The notes beneath the pieces were generated by a model. It worked only from the letters and a program-made list of their open reading frames with translations, was not told where the DNA came from and did not search any database. DNA of 64,000 nt from Eledone cirrhosa (Eukaryota): NCBI GenBank assembly GCA_964016885.1, contig OZ024753.1:8928001-8992000 (forward strand), given 5' to 3'. The translations under genes and the position numbers were made by a program. This document shows, in pieces, positions 53,749 through 64,000 of the stretch (positions are counted from its first letter, which is position 1; every line of letters begins with the position of its first letter).

Positions 53749-54230
53749 ATATATATATATATGTATGTGTGTGTATATACACATATACACATACATACAT
53801 ATATATATATATATATAAAATTCGGTTTATATCCATTAAAAGAAAATAAAGTTGTGTGTAGGAAACAGATATTCATCTATTTTAAGAGCAATAATTATCT
53901 CTTTCTAGATAAATTGAATTGTATGCAGTACCTCGTGATTTCCTATAGATATGTCTAATATTACTGGGTACAAGATTGTTTTAAACATTCTTGTCAACAC
54001 CATAAAGGTTTCAACATTTATCCAATAAGCCAGATATTTGTGGGGGGGAATTCTGTAAAATAGCTAAACCCTTGTTTAAGGAGCTTTATAAACCACTGCT
54101 AATGTTCCTAAATGCAATTTTCTTTATCAAATTAAAGAGATCTACTTCAAACTCCATTAGGGCTTTGTGTTCTGTTTTGCTTTTGTGTGACTTTATTAAA
54201 AACTTTATACCTACAACCTCGTTTTATATA
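53420..54230 (-). mobile_element. Decayed PLE ORF, N-terminal/early RT region
   Basis: Minus peptides [41 protein letters not shown] and [11 protein letters not shown] resemble PLE motifs FE.DL..MIKNI.FR, N.Y......Y.KLL..NITK.YKK and FITLKDHKPNF. The part left of the 53580-53815 microsatellite is weakly supported. Confidence 0.65.
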
Positions 54231-54684
54231 TGAAATCGTTTTCTATATTAAAATTGACATTGCTTGATTTTATCTCTTGATAGTATAATCTCTTCTTCCG
54301 AAAGCATTACTACCTATCAGTGAATCTAACATTAATATCATAGAATGTATGTATGGTCCCATAACTTCTGAGGCATTTCTAGGACATTTTTTAAAACGTG
54401 GTGGAGCTCACCTCTCCTGGTCTGAATACAGCAGATTTCTTCCAGAGAAAGAGAGAGTGAAGGAAAGGAAGTGATATAGAGGAAGAATCGAACCCCAGTA
54501 TTTGTCTGGGACTTTTTTATTGACCCTGTATGGATGAAATGCAAATATCATAGTATATGAGAAACATAAAAGTTTTTTGTTTTTTTTTACAATTTGACAT
54601 AGATTAAGAAAATTGGTGGCAATTGGAAAATGATGTTAATGAGAACAAACTTTGGTTTTTACCTTATTACTTTTACACTAAACC

Positions 54685-54935
54685 AACTTTGGTACACAAT
54701 ACTATCAGAAACTTCTGTCTCACCGCCTCCACACATGTTATTGTGTATCTGGCACCACCTACACCAAAGTAACTTTGGTACACAATACTATCAGAAACTC
54801 CTGTCTCACCTCCTCCACACATGTTATTGTGCATCTGGCACCACCTACACCAAAGTAACTTTGGTACACATTACTGTTGGAAACTCCTATCTCACCTGAT
54901 CCTCCACACATGTTATTGTGCATCTGGCACGACCT
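54685..54935. repeat. 86-bp tandem repeat, 3 copies
   Basis: AACTTTGGTACACA at ~54685, 54771 and 54857. Confidence 0.88.
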
Positions 54936-54989
54936 ATATGCCAATTTGTTTACACTTTGCAGGTGAGGTTGTGTATGGTGCACAAAAGA

Positions 54990-56045
54990 TTGGTAACCAT
55001 TGTCATAAGTTCATTCAATGGGGCTAAGATATGGGGTTAACAGATTGTTAGATCACTGGAATATGAATGGTCATGAAGTAGTCTTAGGAAAGATTTGATA
55101 AAATTACTCAGTGATATAGACTTACTGCAGACACCAATCATAGAAGAATTAATGTTCTAGATGTTACCTTAGACTGGAAGACTAAGGTTTACTTCATATA
55201 AAGCCAAACAAGAGGTTATTCTATATAAACTACTTTTCTAATCATTGTCTTAATATTTTTCGGAATTTAGTTTCCAATATAAGTAAGAATATCATTTCAT
55301 TATCCATGAATGAGGCCACATTTAACACCATCTTACACTACGACAACGGATTACTTCAGGAATTGTAGTGTTTCAATATATGTAGCTAGCTCTAATTGCT
55401 CTAAGCATAACAATAGAAATAAAACTTGGACAATTTTATGATTCCATCAAACTGTCAGGCCAATTTATCTAGTGAATTTAGTGTCCTGCCACTTTTCTAT
55501 TAGATACAGAAATCATAAAATCTTTAACAGAAGCACTCTCAAAGTTAGCTATACTTGCTCTAAAAAGAAATTGGATTCCTCTTTTAAGCAACTTAATGCC
55601 AAAAAGCTCTTTGCTGATGTCTATAACAGAGCTTGATCATGTAATTGTATGGATTTCCTCAACTATCCCTTATATGGTAATTGCTTGACAAAAGGTGAAA
55701 AAGAATACATTCAAGATTTACACTAGATTGTGGAAAATAGATTTAAGGTGCGATTTTATAAGTATAGCAATTCTGTTAAATATCCAAATAAAAGTTTTTC
55801 CTACAAGTTTGTTCAAGGGTATTTAGTTATCAAAAGATTCTGACTCATCTATACATATATCACTTCTATTGCATCTAACCCATGCTAGCGTGGAAAAGTA
55901 CATTTTAAACGGTGATGATTATGCTTCTGTGAAATTTGCTTTGTGCTTAAATGAGAAGTTCTTCATTTAATTCCAGAAAAATGATTCTCAGAATCAGAAA
56001 CCTGAATTTTTAAATTCTGCAGGCATGACTCAAAATATTTGTTTT
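54990..56045 (+). mobile_element. Decayed PLE ORF, RT C-terminus through GIY-YIG endonuclease
   Basis: Motifs in order: SFNGAKI, INVLDVTLD, KPN..FYINYFSNH, HKIFNRSTLKVSYTC, CNC....PLYGNCL, ENRFKVRFY, LCLNEK, CRH; many stops and frameshifts. Confidence 0.85.
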
Positions 56046-57788
56046 GTACCCTATTAACACCTAATGAGTGAGGTATACTGAACTGTGTCACTGTGTCACT
56101 TGGATCTTAAATTCCACTGATTTTTTTATACTGAACTGTCTCACTGAAATGTATCTGCCATGTATATTTTACACAACTACAGTTGATGTGCCAGGTTTTT
56201 TTTTTCAGTAAAATGACTATTTTTTATTTTTTTAACAAACATTTACTAACAATCTGAATGATTGACAAATGTCACATCAATAAACTAGTAACCCCATCTA
56301 GCTTTGAAGTTATGAACTGTTGGAAAAGATTTCATAACTTTGAAGTTATGAACTATTGGAAAAGAGTTCAAACATGTTAGGACGAGATATCTCATCTGTG
56401 GCACTGGAATGCATACATGTTAGGATGAGTTATTTCGTCTACGGCACCAAAGAGGTTAAAATTCCACTTATTTTTAATATCTAGATTCAACAGGCTTTAG
56501 TTCTCTAAGCTATTGTCATGTCTAATTTTTTTTTCTCATATCTTTTATGGTCAGATGGCTGGTTCAATGTTTCAAATTCAAAGAATTTCTGTTCTTCGCC
56601 ACCAAACTTTCAGTCTTTTTATGGTTGTCTCCCTTGTATTTTCACCAAAATGTTTCCAGAATTTTCTACATTTTATTTTTCATCCTTTTAAATAAATTTA
56701 TCTTAAATATTTTCATATATTTTTGGAACATACATTCCTAATTTTATGTTTAAATCTGTATTTTTCAAGTTGTGTATACTGATCTAAACATATATTTGTA
56801 CATTTACACTCACTCATGTGTAAATGGGTTCGTGTGTGTGTGTGTGTGTATATGGGTTTGTATGTATCATCGTGTGTATGTGTGTTTATGTGGATTTGTT
56901 AGTGTGTGCTTGTATGTATGAGTGTGTATGTGTGTATGTTTGTATGTGTGTGCTTGTATGTATGATTGTGTGTTTGTGTGTGTTTATGTGGGTTTCTATG
57001 TGTGTGCTTGTATGTATGAGTGTGTGTGTGTGTGTGGGTTTGTATGTGTGTGCTTGTATGTATGAGTGTGTGTGTGTGGGGGTTTGTATGTGTGTGCTTG
57101 TATGTATGAGTGTGTGTGTGTGGGTTTGTATGTGTGTTTGTGTGTGTTTATGTGGGTTTCTATGTGTGTGCTTGTATGTATGAGTGTGTGTGTGTATGGG
57201 TTTGTATGTGTGTGCTTGTATGTATGATGGTGTGTGTGTGTGTTTTTATGTGTGTTTGTATGTGTGCTTGTATGTATGATGGTGTGTGTGTTTATGTGTG
57301 TGCTTGAATGTGTGATGGTGTGTGTATATGTGTGCATCTATGTTTGTATATGCGAGTGTGTTTGCATGTGTGTGTGTTTGTATGTATGTTAGTGTGTGTG
57401 CTTGTATGTATGTTTGTTTGTGTGTGTGGTTGTGTGTATATGTGTGCATCTGTGTTAGTATATGTGAGTGTGTTTGTATGTGTGTGTGTTTGTATATGTG
57501 TGTCTTTGTATCTGTGTGTGTTTGTATATCTATGTCTTTGTATGTGTGTGTATGTGTGTCTTTGTATGTGTGTGTATGTGTATGTGTGTCTTTGTATGTG
57601 TATGTGTGTGTGTGTCTGATATACACTTGCATTACAATGTTTTATTTTACACGAGTGCAATTTTATCGACTATTTTCAATACAAATCCTTCAGTTTATTT
57701 CATCAAATGACTTACTTGTGCATTTCTTCACACATACACACACACTCATATACAAACACATACACACGTGTATATATTTGTGTATGTA

Positions 57789-57819
<31 letters not shown>

Positions 57820-58256
57820 TCATATATATATAAAATCATATATATATATATTTATATATTTATATATATACATACATACATATGCATATTCATATATATA
57901 TACATATATTCATATGCATACATATATATACACATATTCATATATACACATATATTAATATGTGTGTATGTGTATGTATATATATATATATATATACACA
58001 CATATTTATATATACACATATATTAATATGTGTGTATGTATATATTAATATATACATACACACATATATTAATATATGCGTATATATGAATATGTGTATA
58101 TATATATATATGTAGATATATATACACATATTCATATATATGCATATATTAATATATGTGTGTATGTATATATATACATACACATACGCACATATATTAA
58201 TATATGAGTGTATGTATATATATACATACACATACACACATATATTAATATATGTA

Positions 58257-58324
<68 letters not shown>

Positions 58325-58732
58325 TATACACACATAATGTCTTTAATGTCCTCTTTTAATGCATTTCTTACCTATTTTATCTAGTTCCATATTTTACATT
58401 CTACTCCTTTATCTATTCATGAAACCCTAGCATTCTATTACAATCTCTTATTGTCATCATTATTCTTATTCTTATTCTTTATTCATATTCTTTTCTTCTC
58501 TTCTTATGCTTCTCCTCCTTCTCCTCCGTCCCCCTTCTCCTCCCCATCCTCTTTCTAGTTTTTACTCACTTTTCAATCCTACACCCTGTTATCCTTTCAT
58601 CCTGCCATTTCTCCTGCTTCCCTTGTTTTTTTGTTTTTTTTCATCACTTTTTCTTCCTCCATCTTCTCCCCTTCCTTCTCCTTTTATTATACTTTCTTCA
58701 TTATGTTTATATTTCATATTTCACACATTTAT

Positions 58733-58768
<36 letters not shown>

Positions 58769-58799
58769 TACATATATGTATATATATATATATATCTTA

Positions 58800-59182
58800 A
58801 CTGTTTGACAAAATATCCAAGATCCTTTTATTTCCAGAGATTTGTAAAACTCTCAGCCAAACAATATTCAAGTTTTGCTTTGATTTTTCTGTATATTTAT
58901 TTGTCTGAAATAAAGATGGCGTAGGCATACAATACAATGGGAGGAAACATAATAGCACCACTGACGATGTTGCAGATGTGCAACGAAAGAACTTTGTTAG
59001 ACTATATATCTATGTTTGTGTCTATATTGTATCTGTATTTTTGACCGTTGGTTTGACCGAATAAATTAAATTAACCGATATAAAAGACACAGAAGTGAAA
59101 ACCAACCAAACAGTGAGTGTGTTCTGTTATTAATTCTGACAATATTATTACACAAATATGACCCTCCCCAAGTATAACAATA
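58800..59182 (+). mobile_element. PLE-like pLTR with hammerhead motif at 58957-58998
   Basis: CTGACGA-T GTTGCA gatg TGCAAC-GAAA-GAAC-TT; ends ATGACCCTCCCCAAGTATAACAATAT like the 47995 family. Confidence 0.7.
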
Positions 59183-59247
59183 TTTGTCTTTAAATATCAT
59201 CTAAATAATCTTTCTTCAGTTTCATCTGAAGATTACAAATGCAGAGT

Positions 59248-59293
<46 letters not shown>

Positions 59294-59298
59294 ACATT

Positions 59299-59465
59299 AT
59301 CGGTAGAGGGTCAGAGACCATGCTTTCCAGCATAGGTACGCCTTTTACTATCTGAGTTCAAATCCCGCCGAGGTTGACTTTGCCTTTCATCCTTATGGGG
59401 TCGATAAAATAAAGTACCAGTAATGCACTGGCTAATTGCTGGCCTTGTGCCTAAAGTAGAAACAA
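59299..59465 (+). mobile_element. Meta-domain SINE
   Basis: CTGAGTTCAAATCCCGCCGAGGTTGACTTTGCCTTTCATCC...GTCGATAAAATAAAGTACCAG. Confidence 0.8.
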
Positions 59466-59467
59466 TT

Positions 59468-59791
59468 ATATTAATAAATGGAAACTATATTTATAAAACC
59501 ATAATTATTTTATTATATCCACTATCCAGCAAACCTCCAACCATCAGGGTTGTTCTTCTGCAGGTATGTCAACATTTATAAAACAAATTTTGTATTTTAT
59601 CTGATGAAAGCGCACCAAAATTTGCCTTGGTTGCCCTTGAAATATATATAATAAAATACATATGGTTTTATAAATATAGTTTTCATTTATTAATATAATG
59701 AATATTTAAACCACCAGTTGCTGAGTGCTTTATATCAGTTATAAAACTTTTAAGTTTGTTGAATTCCAACAAATTAAATATGACCTTTGTA

Positions 59792-59792
<1 letters not shown>
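59468..59792 (+). mobile_element. PLE pLTR with short 5' inversion
   Basis: IR 59468-59518/59646-59697; same family as 25772-26232. Confidence 0.8.
59591..59660 (+). ncRNA. Type I minimal hammerhead ribozyme, best preserved copy
   Basis: 10-bp stem I TGTATTTTAT/ATAAAATACA; CTGATGA 59601-59607; GAAA 59639-59642; palindromic TATATA; predicted cleavage after 59650. Confidence 0.88.
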
Positions 59793-59881
<89 letters not shown>

Positions 59882-59906
59882 CAGACGAAAAAAAACGGTG
59901 ATGATG

Positions 59907-59945
<39 letters not shown>

Positions 59946-60261
59946 CTCTGTCATTACTACAACAGAGGTCCGACAAGCTTTTGTTTGATTCCAGAGTCAG
60001 GCCAGATTGATTCAGATCAAACCTTGAGCTGATCAAATAGCAAAACACGCGATACCAATCAATAAACGTAATGAAGGCTTAACCGATCGTCCTTGTTATA
60101 TTATATTACACTCTGTTTAGCCCTACACCTCGCCACTGATGTGAACCTAAATATCGAGTGCTCAACTGGGTGAAACTACAGTAACTTCACGTTACACTCC
60201 CTGGATATATATATATATATAATAATAATAATAAAATGTGGAGAGGAAGCACACGAGTTAG

Positions 60262-60331
<70 letters not shown>

Positions 60332-60363
60332 ATAGGAAGAAAGAGACGATTATTAGGAAGAAA

Positions 60364-60402
60364 AATTTTTATTTTTTATTTTTTATTTTTTATTTTTTAT
60401 TT

Positions 60403-60439
<37 letters not shown>

Positions 60440-60520
60440 ATTTTTTATTTTTTATTTTTTATTTTTTATTTTTTATTTTTTATTTTTTATTTTTTATTTT
60501 TTATTTTTTATTTTTTATTT
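60364..60520. repeat. (TTTTTTA)n heptamer repeat
   Basis: About 21 near-perfect copies. Confidence 0.95.
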
Positions 60521-61857
60521 CTTTCTCTCTTCTTTCTGAGTTAGAAAATGATTAAAACGAAATGTTTTACTTTGTGTGAAGTGTTAAGGTATTAGTTGAT
60601 TTATTTATTATTTAACAATGGCATTTATTTATTTATCTATTTATATATATTCATATACATATTGCTGTGTCTCCTATGTGACACCATTTTCCAGTGTCGA
60701 CTCGATGTGTTTTATGGTACCAACATAATTTATACACACACACACATATATTCATATATGAGCGAGACACGGTCATCCAACCCAACTTGCCTCTAAATGG
60801 CACAAACCCATCTAACCCATGCTAGTGTGGAAGATAGATATTAAACGATGATGATGATATATATATATATATAGGTCAGGATTTTACCTGTCGAAACTAG
60901 TAAGACCATTATTCAGAGTACTCCTTACTAGGGATAGCAAAGTGTAAATATAATAGGGAGTCAGGGCCCAACAGCTGAGCTCTTGCTGTCTCGACAGCAA
61001 ATTCCAGACTGGAATTTACAGTGAAAACGGTAAGAGCTCAGCTGGAGCAATGAGAAATAAAGTGTCTTGCTCAAGAACACACCACAAGACACTTTATTTC
61101 ATGTTATTCTGATCCACACAGCTGACAAAGATGAGGTGTACCTGTAATTCAAATGCTCAACCTTGCCGCAGACTGAGTCAGGTTGAATGTTCCTGAGAAC
61201 TATGCTATGGGGGAGGTGAATATGTCCATGGAATACCCAGCCATTCAGACACTAATTTCATAAGCTCAGACAGTCATCGCGGTACCGTCATTGTGAGAAC
61301 CAATGGAGGTCCAATCCACACACTACGTTGGCTACAGGAGTATGAAACGCTGCTCGGAATCAAATATATCAATAAGTTAATAAATAAAGATGTGAACAGT
61401 GTAAGACACTCAAGATACACCGATACAAATCTAATTTAAACAACAAAATACAATAGCTACTACAGACACTCCTACACGAGGCACGACCAATTTCTTTTTA
61501 TTTATTTCTATATTTATTTTAAATGTTCTTTCTTGCATTTTTTAAAAAAAAAAAAGCTAATTAAATTTACAATTGATGGAGTGTGACAGTTTTTTTCCAT
61601 GCGAAAAATATACCAATGATTTTATTAAAAATATTTTATGAGATGTATAATCCTGAGGTATTATGAATCCTGTTGTTGTGTAACAAGTCATTCTACTATG
61701 GCGTACTTTAACAGTTAATATCATCATTTTTCAATTACAAATGTAGTCCCTGTTCACAAATCACTTCTGCCTTTTGCCATTTTTTTTTTGTGTGAGGAAT
61801 AGGAACATGGATTTATATATATATGTATGTGTGTGTGTATAAATATGTGTGTATATG

Positions 61858-61923
<66 letters not shown>

Positions 61924-62291
61924 CATACATATATGTATGTATATATGGAGAGAGAGATATGCATATATATTTACATGTATATATGTATGTATATATATAT
62001 TTACATATATATGTGTGTATATATATATATATTTATTCATTATAATTCTATTATGGTTGTGTGTAGCGGAGGGGGGGTCGCTATATTTATATTTTAATAT
62101 TACAGTGTTGGTGCATAGTGAGGGACTTCAGCTGTGTTCATATTTTAATAAAACTTAGTGTTATTAATATTTATAATTGAAGAATGGTCAAGAGAGAAGA
62201 ATAAATGGAAATACCAGTCAAAAGCTTTACAGTTCCCATCATCTCATTGCTACAATTTTGATTTCTATTTTAAATAAAAGGCCAGCAACTT

Positions 62292-62768
62292 TTAACCCTC
62301 TACCTTTTAAACCTGCCATATCCGGCCAGAATTCTTTCAACTTTTTCCATTCAAATTGGCCATAACCAGCTACTCATACTTATGTTAAGGGATTGTTCTC
62401 AAAATAAATAATCTCAAAATCTTGTAGATTCGATATTATGTGAGGTAAAGCCTTTACCGTGAAAATACATTAGTATATATAGAGTAATGTAAATGCTAAA
62501 GGTTTAAGTGAAGGAGGAAGGTCGATTATATTATCCTGCTCCTAGTATTTTACACTATATATTACTCTATATATACTATTATACTTTCATGCTAAAAGCT
62601 TTACCTCATAATCATCTGACATAATATCGAATCTATGAGATTTTGATATTATTTATTTTGAGAACAATACCTTAACATCAGAATGAGTGGCCAGTTACAG
62701 CCAGTTTGAACAGAAAGAGGTGAGAGAATTCTGGCCAGACACAGCTGGTTTAAATGCTAAAGGGTTAA
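62292..62768. mobile_element. Two piggyBac-type MITE copies in opposite orientation (62292-62507 and ~62560-62768)
   Basis: TTAACCCT...GCTAAAGGTTTAA and ...AAATGCTAAAGGGTTAA; both match 46918-47147. Confidence 0.85.
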
Positions 62769-63662
62769 TATATTTATCAATTTGCTCCCTTGGGGCCCCA
62801 ACCAGGAGTGTTAACAATGATGTTAAGTCATGCTATGTTGATAAAACACTTCATATACAGTGTATATCAAAAAGAATCATCTGGTTTTATTTAAAGGTTT
62901 TACAAATTCAGATGATATACCCTGTATTTGGAAGGAACAAAGCATTCCACCTGTTACAATGTGAGCCTCACAATCTAGTGAGGTGTTTTATACTCCTACA
63001 GAGGAAGAAAATGAAACCATTTCTGGGAAAATAAAGTCAGAAAAGCGAAACAGAATCTCAATCCATGTGAATCCTACTGTGACAGAAATTCAATAATATA
63101 AAAATCAATATTTTGGATCAGTTACGACACAAATCCACAAAATTCTTTGAAAAGATTTGAATACAAAGTAAATTTCTCTCTTTCTCTCTCTCTTCAACTT
63201 TCTCTCCCTATACACACATACATATACCCCCCCCCCCATATATATATATACCCACACACATATATGCCCCCCACATATATATGTGTGCATGTGTGTGTTC
63301 ATACATGTGTGTGTTCGTGAATGTGTGTGTTCGTGCATGAGTGTTTGTGTGTTTGTGAGTTTATATATGTATGTATGTGGTATGTATGTGTGTGTGTGTG
63401 TGTGTGTGCTTGAGTATAGCAGTATGTATATGTGTTTATGCATGTGTGTGTGTGTTTGTGAGTGTATATGTGTATGTGTGTGTGTATGTATGCATGTGTA
63501 TGTTAGTGTGTATATGTGTGCATGTATGTGTTCAACCATGTGTGTGTGTGTTTGGGTGTCTGTGTGTGTGTGTGTGTGCGTGTGTGTCTGTGTGCATGTG
63601 TGTGTTCATACATGTGTATGTTTGAGAGTGTATATATGTATGTATGTGTGTATGTATATGTC

Positions 63663-63721
<59 letters not shown>

Positions 63722-63729
63722 ATGTATTG

Positions 63730-64000
63730 ATAAGAAATCTAATTTAAGATTATCTTCAAATGATAACTTACCAACTAATCTTGTTAAAAATCTCCTCTCA
63801 GACATTTTGTCTCTGCTTGTAAATATTGTAAACATATTCTTAAGTACTAGTTCAATAGAATGTCTGCAAGATCCATCTATCACACCTAACATAAATAGGA
63901 GCCATTATTGATTGATACTCGCCTTAATTATCACCCAATCAATTGTGACTCTTTCCTGAATAAGCTCTTTGGTATGATTACAGTCTATTGTCTTTTTCTT
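63730..64000 (+). mobile_element. Decayed L2/CR1-group LINE RT N-terminal fragment
   Basis: SSNDNLPTNLVKNLLSDILSLLVNIVNIFLST...SITP, then frameshifted NYHPINCDSFLNKL, resembling D.IPT.LLK...L..IVN.SL.TG...NYRP.S.L.FLSK. Confidence 0.72.

Noticed and set aside
41887-58337. Numerous YI/CV/HT-rich ORFs here and across the window
   Set aside because: Translations of (TA)n, (TG)n and (CA)n microsatellites.
62889-63095. Protein-like plus frame with in-frame TGA (readthrough or selenocysteine idea)
   Set aside because: No recognisable homology, SECIS element or gene context; compatible with chance.
63772-63885. 114-bp minus-strand exon candidate (AG...GTAAGT, open frame)
   Set aside because: The plus strand is better explained as a decayed L2/CR1-group RT fragment.

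Overview
AT-rich eukaryotic (metazoan) non-coding DNA with no supportable host gene, rRNA, tRNA gene or CRISPR array. The SINE/LINE repertoire and very dense (TA)/(TG)/(TC) microsatellites most resemble a cephalopod (octopus-like) genome, which is an inference. Nearly all long ORFs in the track come from simple or tandem repeats. The window is a mosaic of decayed and nested transposable elements: RTE/Expander, CR1, L2-like, R4/Dong and CRE non-LTR fragments, two tRNA-derived SINE families, several Penelope-like element (PLE) families, mariner, piggyBac, hAT and pogo MITEs, and a Helitron. Main observations: (1) about a dozen minimal type-I hammerhead ribozyme motifs in PLE pseudo-LTRs, some as fold-back sense/antisense pairs; (2) a 3.1-kb 80-bp satellite, open in all three plus frames, that grew inside a 5'-truncated CRE retrotransposon flanked by a 10-bp TSD; (3) satellites arising inside four different TE classes; (4) 5'-inverted retroelement copies. 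All calls come from reading the sequence by eye; no database search was run.
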